This document shows, one piece after another, positions 27,439 through 39,771 of a stretch of DNA of 64,000 nucleotides; the stretch's first letter is position 1; each line of letters starts with the position of its first letter. The DNA is from Octopus vulgaris (taxonomy: Eukaryota), in NCBI GenBank assembly GCA_951406725.2, contig OX597817.1, positions 53,630,001 to 53,694,000 of the forward strand. The letters run 5' to 3'. The position numbers were made by a program, and so were the translations under genes. The notes beneath the pieces were generated by a model that saw only the letters and a list, made by a program, of their open reading frames with translations, was not told where the DNA came from and searched no databases.

Positions 27439-28060
27439 CATTATTATTATTAAGGTGGCCAGCTGGCAGAATCGTTAGCACACTGGACAAAATGCTTAGC
27501 GGTATTTTGTCAGTCTCTACAATTTGAGATCAAATTCCACCAGATTCGACTTTGCCTTTCATCCTTTCGGAGTCGATAAATTAAGTACCAGTCAAGAACT
27601 GGGGTTGATCTAATCGACTGGTCCCCTCCCCACAAATTTGAGGCCTTGTGTCTCCAGTAGAAAAGGTTATTGTTATTACTAAGTTGGCGAGCTGGGAGGA
27701 TTGTAAGCATGCTGGACAAAATACTTAGCTGTATTTCATTCGTCACAACATTCTGAGATCAAATCTGCTGAGTTCAACTTTGCTTTTCATCCTTTCAGGG
27801 TCGATGTAATTGACTAGTCCCCTCCCCCAAAATTTCAGCCCTTGTGCCTATGGTAGAAAGGATTATCAATGAGGTGGCGAGCTGGCAGTATTATCAGCAA
27901 ACTGGACAAGAGGTGTAGTGGCATTTTGTCCATGTTTACGTTCTGAGTTCAAATTCTGCCGAAGTCAACTTTGCCTTCCATCCTTTAGAGGTCAGTGAAA
28001 TAAAAACCATTCGAGTGCTGGGGGTTAAAGTAATCAACCCACCCACCCCGGCCCCCAAAT
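27186..28060 (+). mobile_element. Head-to-tail cluster of four family-A SINEs separated by (TTA)n tracts; similar cluster at 44914-45740
   Basis: aaggtgg..agctggcag heads at about 27186, 27452, 27680 and 27871, each followed by the core block. Confidence 0.85.
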
Positions 28061-28876
28061 TGATCTTTACTTCTGTATTAGAAGGTTAAGGGTAGATGTA
28101 AGTTGTATAAACAATATACTAGGGTTTCATATTTGGATTTTCAGCAAAGGAATACAAAACTAAAGAAAAGGGAGAGGTTTGAGACGGGAATCAATAGTTT
28201 TTGACAGTGTTGTTGTCTTTGGTAAAATATAACCATTGTTGTGGTGGAGATGGGAGTCCAAGAGTTGTGAGTTCAAACCCAGTTAGTGATACTGAAGTGA
28301 GTTGTCAGTTAATGGCTGAAACTTGTCCTATTACTTTCTTAAGTGGTCATTAAACAAGTTAAGAACATAAAAGGGAAATTAAGGAGTGGTTTGAGAAAGG
28401 GAGAGATTATCTGCTGAATATCTTACCTGGCTGTAAGAGAGAACAGGTAAGAATATGAAAAAAATATGAAACATATAGGAGCTCTGCTGGTTCCAATCCT
28501 AGGTTTTCGGTTGTTTGGTCAACTGAAGCAACAGACTCATTGAATTTGCATATGAGTGGCTGAATGTTCCACAGATACATTAATGTAACTGTCAAGGTGA
28601 CACTGTGTATGACAAGGCTGGACTGTTTCAGCCGTGAATCTTATTACCTGGCTGTGAAAGAACAGGTAAGAATAGAAATAGATGGGCAAAGAATTCTACC
28701 TTGTCTAATCTTGGACATAGGCACCAGTAAAACCTTCTTTCTGATGCTGTTGCTCCATGTAGATCTGCCTGGCATCAGACAGTTGAACAGGAACAGAGAA
28801 TGGAAAACAGTGGCTTTTAAAGCAAGACTTTGCACATTTGGTGCAGAGTCACAAGTTGGATTCAACAGAGAAGGTA

Positions 28877-28917
<41 letters not shown>

Positions 28918-31878
28918 TGGTTGGATGTGGGTGTCTTTTAGTATGTAGTGGCAACATTGAAGAGTTTTCTTGAAACTTTTCCAACTTGCCACTATTAACG
29001 GCCTTTATAATAATAACAATCCTTTCTATTATAGGCTCAAAGCCTGAAATGTTGTGGGTAGGGAACAGTTGATTACATCGACCCCAGTATTCAACTGGTA
29101 CTTATTTTATCGACCCTAAAATGATGAAAGGCAAAGTCGACCTCAGCAGAATTTGAATGCAGAATGTAAGGATGGACAAAATGCTGCTAAGCATTTTGCC
29201 TACATGTCAATGATTCTGCCAGTTCTTCACCTTATTAATAATAATAATAATAATAATTATTATTATTATTATTATTATTATTATTGGGAGATAGCTAATC
29301 TGATTTCCACCACCTGTCCCCTCCCTCTTCACAGTTTTGTGACCCATATTGTTGATAACAGCTTGTAGTTAAAAACTGTATTGGCTCTAGATTGAAGAAT
29401 ATTCTGGTTATGTTGAATATTAATTGGGAAGCAGGCAGCTGGGATTGAACCTGTGACCAGGAGCTGTGTCATGCATAGGCTATTGCATGAAACAATCCAT
29501 TAGAATGGTTTATAGCTTAATATCTGGGCAGAAGGCAGTAATATATTCTAAGAGTTACAGGTAATGACATAATCTTGTCAAGCGGTGTGTGACATGATCT
29601 GGGGATCAGAATGAGTAACGTGATTGAACAGCATGACAGGTGACAGAGTGGTGGTGCTGGTGGAGGGTAGTCTTTTGTCATTGTGACACAGCAGTATGAA
29701 GTGTGACAAAACCTAGTGACGAGACACAAGAAAAGCCAATGACGAGGTGTGACAAAACCTTGTAGTATGGGGTGTGACATGGACTGTGGCAAGGCCCAGT
29801 GATGTGACATTGTGATACAATAAAACCCAGTGACAGACAAAGTGAAACAAAAGCCGGTGGTGTGTGACAAGAGAAAACTTATTGATGTGGAAAGCAGTAA
29901 GAAGGTTATTGGTAGGCAAGACAGGTGGCAGTTGGGGTGGGATAAAGTCTATGTGGGTGTCATGGATTTGCCATGTTGCTGGTGAGGAGGAAACATCTTG
30001 TGGTGGTATATTTATTGGCTCTTTTCAAATCTTTGGTTTTCATCCTACCAGTGTCACTAAAATGAAATACCAGTCACGTACTGAGATTGAGAAATAAGCT
30101 AACCCTCATCCCCATCAAAATTTCAGGCCTTGTGCCTTAATTCAAAATATTTACACACAGGTTCTGGGGCCTGCTTTTGAGATAATATATATGATATGGC
30201 AAAAAAAAAAAAAAAGGCTGCGAGCTGGCAGAGACGTTAGCACACCGGGCCAAGTGCTTCGCGGTATTTCGTCTGCCGTTACATTCTGAGTTCAAATTCC
30301 GCCGAGGTCAACTTTGCCTTTCATCCTTTCAGGGTCAATAAATAAAGTACCAGTTACGCACTGGGATCAATGTAATCGACTTAATCCTTTTGTCTGTCCT
30401 TGTTTGTCCCCTCTATGAATAGCCCCTTGTGAGCAATAAAGAAATATATATGAAAAGACTATGTGGGGTTACGGGTAGAGGAAATGGTATTTTGACAATT
30501 GTTGGGTTAAAATGGCATGGAATAGGTGAAGTGGAAGTTGGATTGTTAGGATAAGTTTATTGAAATTTAGTATTAAATGGTATGGTTCAGTGTTGTTGAT
30601 GTCTATAGTACCCTGCTTTGATTAAACACCCATGTGATGAAATGTCGTGTATCTGCGTGTGTGTCTATGTACATTCAATTCCATATTGGTTACCTTCCCT
30701 TACCTTTGGCGTATGCTGAAACCTTTGAATGTTGTGCTCCAGCTTGGTCACATTCCATTAAGTAAAACAAGTAAGCGATATATAAACTCTATCATGTGTA
30801 TTGAGTACTCTTTCTCATTTGTACATTAGATGAGTGTGTGTTTAATACATATATATATCCAAATGTTGGGCATGTGGATATCAGGTGTAGGGGAGCAATA
30901 TTTTCTATATTTAAGATATCATCCAGTAACTCCCATGGACACACACACACGCACACACACATCCATACACACATACATTCAGTGATGTTATTTTGTAATT
31001 CCAGTGAGTCTGAAGTTGATGAATAAATCCACCAAGAAGAGAGCTGTCAGATAGAAAGCCTTGTGGTATTGGTTCCAAACCTCTGGTCTCTGCGTTCAAA
31101 TCCAGCCGATGTCAACTTTCTCTTTCATTCTTCTGGTGGTGGAGGGGTTCATAGAGAAAAAAGAAAGTATCTCTGGATTGTTGGAAGAGTAAGAACATCA
31201 AACTGGATGTCTTTCAAGGATTGATTCTAGCCATTTGTGTTCTGGGTTCAAATATCAGCTTAGCCTACTTGGGTAAAAGTCTCTGTTTGGCACCACCACT
31301 CAATCGCTCGGTTTGGCACCACTACTCGGCAACACTGTCGCTCAGTTTGGAACCACCACTGTCTGGTCTGTGGGTACCTTTAGTGGGGTCTACTTGCAAG
31401 TACTTGGACCTGGTATCCAGCTTGATAATACCGTTTTCCCTACCTCTACCACTCCCACTTATAACAAAAGTTATTATTATTATTTCTAATTTGGGGGGGG
31501 GGGGTCTCTGTAAAGTTTGATAATTTTTTGATAGTAGTTTCAATATGCGAATTCTTTGGTAGTTGTCTCGGCACCAAGTACCACCAAATCTCAGACAATT
31601 CACCATCTCAAATGAAATGGTAGTTTGGTTTTTTTGTTTTGTTCTACTTTGGTTTTACACCCTTACCTGTGTCCAGTTTGAGCCAATCAGTTATCATCAT
31701 CATTTCTCTGCTTTTCCATGCTAGTATGGATTGCATGAGTCCCTTATTGTCCTTTCTATCCCTTTTATGAATTTCCAACATTTTGAGATGAATCTTCACT
31801 GCTTGAACCCATGTCTTCCTTAGTTTCTCTTTCACTCTTTCTTTCTACAAAGACCTGCCACTGTTTACACCACCTATC

Positions 31879-31879
<1 letters not shown>

Positions 31880-31930
<51 letters not shown>

Positions 31931-31932
31931 CC

Positions 31933-31971
<39 letters not shown>

Positions 31972-32125
31972 ATCTATCTATCTATCTAACTATCTGTCTG
32001 TCTGTCTATCTCTATCTATCTATCTAACTATCTGTCTATCTCTATCTATCTATCTATATCTATCTGTCTATCTATATCTATCTGTCTATCTATATCTATC
32101 TATCTATATATATATATACATACAT
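31880..32125. repeat. (TATC)n/(TGTC)n compound microsatellite; other long SSRs at 6370-6460, 7070-7157, 12500-12572, 14390-14495, 33885-34165, 36530-36692 and 63865-64000
   Basis: Direct reading. Confidence 0.95.
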
Positions 32126-32598
32126 ACACACCATACACATGAATGCAGTCAGATAAACTGCACCTTCCACCTGTCAACACATAATTGGTTCACTGTCTAC
32201 TTGAAAAGACATCATTGTCAGGCCAGCAGTGTAACATGAAACTGAAAATGTTTCATTTTCCTAAGTTGTTAGTGTGGATTTGAAACATATCAGACTCCAT
32301 TGAGTCATCTCATCTTGGTGTCAAATAATATGTATACCAGTGATATACTGGTGTCATGGGTTTCATCCCAATTCATCATTTAGTTTAACACTATCTCCTG
32401 GCTCTTGAGTGTCTTTGTTGGAGTCCACTCTGTTGCCATCTCCATCTACCAAATATTCTGGTTATGTTGAATATTGATTGGGAAGCAGGCAGCTGGGATT
32501 GAACCTGTGACCAGGAGCTGTGTCATGCATAGGCTATTGCATGAAACAATCCACTCGCAAACTTTTGGTTGGCTCAAGGCTTCTTGCCCAAAATGGCA

Positions 32599-33294
32599 TA
32601 CAGTTCTATATTTAAGAGATGAGAAATTATGTACATAATTTACATTTGACGGATATTTGACCTCATCTTGTTTGTTGTTAACAGAACATTTCGACTGATA
32701 TACCCTCCAGCCTTCATCAAGTGTCTTGATGAAATTTCGAACCTGGGTTCACATTCTTAAGGTATTTTTCGATGTTGTTATTATTACTATTATTATTATT
32801 ATTATTCAGGTCACTGCCTGGAATCGAACTCAGAATCTTGGGGTTAGTAGCCTGTGCTCTTAACCACTACACCCTATACCCATGGGCATATGGTGTAGTG
32901 GTTAAATTTCAAAATTTCCCAAGTCACCTGATGAAGGCTGGGGGGTATATCAGCCAAAGCATTGTGTTAACAACAAACAAGATGAGGACAAATATGATTA
33001 TTATTTATTCAAGTCACTGACGGGGATTGAACCTGGAATCTTGGGATTAGTAGCCTGTGCTCTTAACCACTACACTATATGCTCATGGGCAGTTATGGAG
33101 CAAATTTTAGGGCTTATAAACCTATTATTTTTGTAATAAAGGGTTGGGTTTGAAATTCCACCAGAACACCTGATTAAGGCTGGAGAGTACATCAGCCGAA
33201 ACGTTGTGGTAAAAACAAACAAGGTGGGGGACACCTATCTGTCCGTTGTAAATATTGTACTTAATTCCTCATCTCTAAAATATAGAACAGTGTA
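32599..33294. mobile_element. Foldback (Penelope-like/retrozyme-like) element with long inverted arms, three hammerhead-like cores and two antisense tRNA-like segments
   Basis: The left arm (32599-32760) is the reverse complement of the right arm (33140-33294). CTGATGA-A-GGCTG-loop-CAGCC-GAAAC variants lie at 32724-32681 (-), 32924-32967 (+) and 33166-33209 (+). Confidence 0.7.
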
Positions 33295-33965
33295 GTTGGA
33301 CATGTTTTGTGAGGGCAAAATTGAAATATATATAATGAAATTTATCTGGGTTTACAAGTTATGGTTGGGTAAATCTGAAATATATTTGGGATAATCCAAT
33401 AGGTTTTGTTTGGATAAAACTGAAGTATATCTGGGATAAAGTCATATTTAATGTGAGGGTTAAATCGAAAGGTTTAATGGGCAGTGTGTCTGTAAAAAGC
33501 AGTTGCTATTTCCCATGTCATTTCAAACTATTTTTGTTTAGTCAAAAGCAGAGAGTGGGTTGGTGGGTGAAGTGGAGGTAACGGGGGAGAATTGTTTCAT
33601 CTATTTTTCATTTTCTTTTCATTGCTCAAGAAACCAGTTTTGGGTTTTGTCTGGGTGGGGGGAATTAAAAAAAGAAAACCATGTAACTTTTTGTAGGTTG
33701 ATTTCTTGGTGAAGCTGAGAATCATAGGTCTGTGGGTAGGAGAAATAGTAGTTTGGTGGCTTATATCCCTTGCTGAATTTCATTACGGGGCAGAGGGGTC
33801 TTGAAATATCAAAATAAAGGACACAATAATCGTGGCTTTAACACATTTTGATAATGTATTTGTTGAACTTGGGTTGAATAACATATCTACATGTCTGTCT
33901 GTCTATATATCTAGATCTGTCTATCTATTTATCTGTATATATCTATCTATCTGTCTGTCTGTCTC

Positions 33966-34037
<72 letters not shown>

Positions 34038-34086
34038 CCTATCTACCTATCTATCTACCTACCTACCTACCTATCTATCTACCTAC

Positions 34087-34143
<57 letters not shown>

Positions 34144-34990
34144 TCTTTGCTTGTCTGTGTGTGTGTATGTGTTAGTGTTTACATCTGCGCTCACTTTTAT
34201 AAAAGTCCCCAGCATTCAAACACTGTTGTTGGTACTTCTCTGTCTTATAATAAAACATCTGGTTGCTTTGTGCCTTTGAAGTTATGTGAACTAAGAGATC
34301 CCTTACTTGGAAAACAAGTAAGGGGGAACATTTGGAAGGGCATCCAGCTGTAAAACAAATGGTTCAACCTTTTCACCTTGGAGCATGCTATTTTGTATAA
34401 GTTAGGCAATCTAACCAGCAGAGTTATGTACCTTACCTAGGGGCCCTAAATTTGTGGCTCTCGAACAGAGGTTCTCAACATGGACAGTACCACCCTGAAG
34501 GGGGTGCTGGACCTCTTGAAGGGACGATCAGGCTCTAAGGGGCCCTGAGATGACATAATTACTATACTTAATTGTACCTCTTGTAGTAATTATATTATAC
34601 ATGATAAACCTAGTAATGATTATTAAAATAAAATGAGAAGGAAATGGTGCGGCCATTTCTAGCGGGTGTAGAATCTACACAATAGCTCGACTTGATATAG
34701 AAAATTTGGCAAGATCTCATCGGACACAGGGAAGTCATTCACTTCCAATGTTTAAAGTAAATTTACAGCTTTTCTGGTTCTGTAGTACAAATGCCTTGTT
34801 TTCGTAAGTTTAGAATTAAAATCTTCCACCAAACCTTAGTCACAATTTATGTTCCTAACACTAGCTTAATAATAACTAAGTTATTTTACTAAATTCTGTG
34901 TTTTATTCAAAATTAATTGAAAGAAACACAGCGCATCTCAAAATAAATACAGTAATGAAAGGGTTAAAATATATAATAGAGAAACAATTC

Positions 34991-35219
34991 TTAACCCTTT
35001 CGATACCAACCTAGCTGAAACTACCTCTGGCTCTGTAGTACAAATGTCTTATTTTCATAAGTTTTGAATTAAAATCTTCCACCAAACCTTAGTTGCAATT
35101 TATGCTTCTAACACTAGCTTAATAATAACCAAGTTATTTTACTAAATTCTTTGTTATATTTGAAGTAATTGAAAAAAACACAGAACATCTCAAAATAGAT
35201 ATAGTAATGAAAGGGTTAA
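34991..35219. mobile_element. TTAA-flanked piggyBac-type MITE (~225 bp); other copies at 7531-7757 (opposite orientation), 34770-34967 (partial), 42946-43166 and 43254-43483
   Basis: TTAA|CCCTTTCG...TGAAAGGG|TTAA termini and a shared internal sequence (ctgtagtacaaatg..ttttgaattaaaatcttccaccaaaccttagtcacaatttatg). Confidence 0.85.
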
Positions 35220-35659
35220 AGTATATAATAGAGGAACAATTCTTAAGAGCCATGATTCTAGAAGTAAGGATTGATTTTTGTCAGTGTGCGTGTGGTCAGT
35301 TTGTGCAGTACCTTTAAAACTACAGTCATTCTAAGAAATATCTGTCCAGCCTGGCATCTACCAAACAGCTCTATCACATTGAATGTGTTTGAGATATTTT
35401 TTATATATCTATATTTTTTATTTATCTCTTAGAGGAAGAAATCCAGAACCCATTACCCCATTCTGAGTCTTGAGGGGCCATATGGGTGACATTATAATGG
35501 GCCGTGGTTTATGGTTACCTCCTCCCAAAGACAATAACAATCCTTCTGAGAGGATTCTGCACAGTTTTCTTCTATGATACAGGTTTGGTTGTTTGACTCA
35601 TTAACTCTGATCATTGGAGACTTAATTGAGTTTGTTCTGTTACAAGTATTCAGTCATCT

Positions 35660-36120
35660 GGTGTCCTGTCTGCCTTTCGCAAGACACACAGTGTCCTTTT
35701 CTTCCCCTTCTCATGACAGTGTTTCCCTCTTCCTCTCAGGACACAGTGTCCCTTTCTTTCTCCCAGGACACAATGTCTCCTGTCTTCCTCTCAGGACATA
35801 ATGTCTCTCTCCTTCTCCCAGGACACAATGTCTCCTACCTTCCTCCCAGGACACAATGTCTCCTATCTCCCTCTCAGGTCACAATGTATCTTTCCTTCTC
35901 CCAGGATACAATGTTTCTTTCCTTCTCCTAGGTCACATGTCTCTTTCCTTCTCCCAGGTCACATGTCTCTTTCCTTCTCCCAGGACACAATGTCTCCTAT
36001 CTTCCTCTCAGGACATAGTGTCTCCTATTTTTCATCTAGGACACAATGTCTCCTATCTTCCCCCCAGGACACAATGTCTCCTATCTCCCTCCCAGGACAC
36101 GATGCCTCTCTTTCCTTCTC
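35660..36120. repeat. Pyrimidine-rich minisatellite, ~25-28-bp unit (AGGACACAATGTCTCCTATCTTCCTCTC-like), roughly 16 copies
   Basis: aggacacaatgtct / aggtcacatgtct cores recur at a regular spacing. Confidence 0.88.
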
Positions 36121-36609
36121 ACAGCTCTTTCAGTCTTCCCCACATTCTTCTTCTTCCTCTGAGATGCAAGTTCACTTCCTCTCAAACGTTTGGCTGATAT
36201 TTCTAACAGGAACTTCCTGAAGACTTTTGTCTAAACAAAATTCACAAATCTCCCTTTCCATTTCTGAACTTCAAATGGCAATGAAGAGGGATTGAACCCT
36301 AGACTACATATTCAAGCATTTCCATTCTCTCCTTCTTATTTGTGCCGTATATATATCAAAGACATTGATTTATGTATCTTAAATATACTTTTGTTCATAT
36401 CAAACATGTTTAAATGAAGAGAGAGCTGAGGATTCTCTCCAGTTTCTATTCTAAGTTTCTTGTTTATTGTTCAGAGTAGCAACAAAGCCATGTCAAGGCT
36501 TCAAATAAACTGCACTACACATCTCTCTTGCTTTCTCTCTATCTGTCTGTCTCTCTCTCTCTCTTGCTCTCTCACCCTCTCTCGCTCTCTCACCCTCTCT
36601 CGGTCTCTT

Positions 36610-36694
<85 letters not shown>

Positions 36695-39633
36695 GTTACT
36701 AAATTTAAACATTTGCTTTTTTTACGGGTGGCTCAGCTGGAGCATTTTAATAATTTGTTGCCAAATTTAATTTGATTTAGTTTTATAAATTTCATTTTGC
36801 TGTGATGTGTACAACTTTGTGTGTGTTTGTGCCTGTGAATGTGTGTGAGTACACGTGTGTGCATCTGTGTGTATGTACACTTTTCTGTTCTTCTGATAAA
36901 CATGCTTTAGTAATTTTTACGTCATTTCTTCCTTTCTCTTCACAAATGTCTAGAGATACGTGTGTGTGTGTGTTTGTGTGTGTGTTTTGCAGGCCAGGCT
37001 GACTGGTTAACAAGTTTACTTTTGCAAATATGGGGTTTTCAGTTTTGAATCTCGTGGTTTCGTATTTTGAGAAAGTATCTTCTATATCATAGCTCCAGCT
37101 CAGCCCAAAGTTTGTGAATGAAATGGGATTGGGGGGGGGGATACTGTTCTGAATCTCTTCAACTGGGCTGTTCATGTTCTTTAGTGGCAGACTCAATATC
37201 CGTGTCACAGTCTAACCCTTCCATTACCACCTCATAATCGGGTGTTCCCTAGTGTGGCAGTAACCCCTGTGTTATAGTTTCATAATGCCTTTCCCTCTAC
37301 TGTCTCGGGGTTTCTATGAAAAAATCAGGGGTCACTTAATAATCCCAATAATGGGAAACCCAAGTTTGTAGAACAAGAATCCAGTTTAGAAAAATTGAAT
37401 TTACTTTTTATTGAATGGTCCCTCTTTCATTGGAAAACTAACATTTGTATGTGTGTGTGTGTGTCTAACACACACACACACACATGCAAACATACAAAGA
37501 TTTTCTGCATTATAGAACCTCCTCCTTGGGTTGATAGAATAAAGTACCAGTGAAATGCTGGGGTTGCCTAAAATCTTTTCCTGTTGCTTTCAGTAACATA
37601 GGGTATGCTCCCTGTCCCCTTCTTCTGGCGTGTACCCACAAGAGAGGACGTAACTGACAGTTTATCCCTACAAACTATATCACAACACAGTATTTTGCTC
37701 TCTCTCAGTGTTAGGCAAGGGAGGAACCCACTTTATCATCCCTGTGATTATTGCTATTTAACTCTGGGTCAGCCCCTACAAACAAAGGCTTTTTATAGTG
37801 ATGACCGTTCCAAATTTTGGTGCTGTCTAGGACTGCATTATCTTATGTATTCTTCGCCTTTTTTAGGCATTTAGGTGTGATTTGAGAGTGAGTTGGCTGC
37901 TATATCTTGCAGGCTGAGTAACTATGTAGAGGCTACTTTGTTTATCCGTGTAGTTTTTGGTGTTGGATGGCAAGCAGGGTATTATTCGGGTACCATTGTG
38001 TATAGTGCATAGCGACATTACATCATGGTACCGTAATAGCAGTAGAGGCATGTGGTTGAGTGGTAAGGGTGTCGGACTCATGGTTGTATGATTGTGGTTT
38101 CAATTCCTGGACCGGATGATGTTATGTTCTTGAGCAAAACACTTCATTTCATGTTTGCTCCCTTCCACTCTGCTGGTAAGAAAGAGTAATCCTGCAACAG
38201 ACTGGCATCCCATCTGGAAAGAAATATATATGTGTATGTATATATATATATATAAGTTCAGCAAAATTTAGATTCAGATGAATATAGTATTTTAGTTAAA
38301 AGCACCAGAATTTTGTATGGTATTATCCATATAAATCAAATCAGGTGATTATAATCAAAATAAGCAACAAGGATATCTAAGGTAGTGTAGTACAATCGTT
38401 TCATGCTACTTCATTTTATTAAACACTGTGAAATAAGTATAAAAATGTGCATTGTTCGTTTAATTAAAAAATTCTATATGTGGCTGAAGATTGCTCGAGA
38501 TTTTAAAACTGATGTAATACTTACAGTGTTTAATAAAATGAAATAGCGTGAAATGATTGTACTACACTACCTTAGATATCCTTGTTGCTTATTTTGATAT
38601 ATATATGTATGTATGTATATATATGCCTGGAAACTGGTCCTCTGCTCCTTACAGAGTAATGTGGGCTAACCATGGTGTAATGGTTGTTGCAGGGTGTAAT
38701 TCCATCACTAGTTACTTCAGCCGGCTGTGTGTGAGAAGAGAGAATGCTAATAGATACTACTCCAAATAGTGATATTTAACTGCGGGTCAGCCCTGATCCA
38801 GCTGACCTATGATCAAAGACATTCCAACCGTGACCATCCTGTCTTTCATTTAGACATAGTTTACCTAGGACTACATTATTGTAATGTGTCCGTCCTCCTT
38901 TTTTCAAAGACTGTAATGCGTGACTTGAGAGAAATTTAGTTGCTATTTTTAGCAGATTGAATTACCTTCCCCCTACACCCTCCACCAATACTGGCAATGG
39001 TGGTGGTGGTGGGGTCTAATATTTGTACAAAACTAAAAGATACCAAAAAAAGGTCCATGTTTTCCACTCTTGGTTGTCTGTCTGTAATAATGTCACCCAC
39101 AGTCCCGTGTCTCTGTCCTCAGAATCTTGTGTAAATTAAAACTTTTTTGATAAAAACTAATCCACAACTTTACCTTTCTCTCTTTGTCTTTTTCTTTTCT
39201 TTTTTTTTTGTTGTTATTACATGTTTGTTTTATTTTTGCTTTAATTATGAAATTTCTGCATCAAAGAGGATCGGGATGAGTTGTTAACCTGCAGGACTAA
39301 ATGCTGTGTAGTATTTAATTCAGTTCTTTACTGCATAGGGAGGGAGGGGTGAAGCCCCTCCCTCCATCACATGTATGGCTGGTTGCATTGAATTTTGAGT
39401 TCACCAGTGGGAGATAATTGCATGCTACCTCTGCCAGTAAAACCAGATCCTGTGATTTTCGCCTTCCTTGGCCTTATCAATGATAGACATTCATGGTTAG
39501 ACATAGCAATGATTTCTCCTTCACAATACACATATTGAATCCCACTGTCTATTCAGACACTAGTACTGTGATTAGCTAGTGGACTCATTAAAAACTAATT
39601 AATAACAACAGAAACAGTGTTAATGCCAAAAGG

Positions 39634-39771
39634 TAATATTTATCCCCTCTTAAAAGTGGATCTTGTGTTAGAACACAATATACTGCATTAGTATCCCGAG
39701 GGAACATCATGGTAACTGTTTGAGTGTTTTGTGTTCTGAGACGTCCACTTTTAAGTGGGAATTAATATTAC
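39634..39771. mobile_element. Degenerate foldback MITE
   Basis: taatatttatcccctcttaaaagtgga..agaacacaa pairs with ttgtgttct..tccacttttaagtgggaattaatatta. Confidence 0.6.

Noticed and set aside
32808-33075. tRNA-like sequences here and at SINE heads
   Set aside because: Partial, without a complete cloverleaf, and embedded in repeats. These are tRNA-derived, not tRNA genes.
35660-36120. Regularly spaced repeats (also 3740-3837 and 50780-51360) as a CRISPR-like array
   Set aside because: Degenerate contiguous units without unique spacers, no cas genes, and a eukaryotic intron context.
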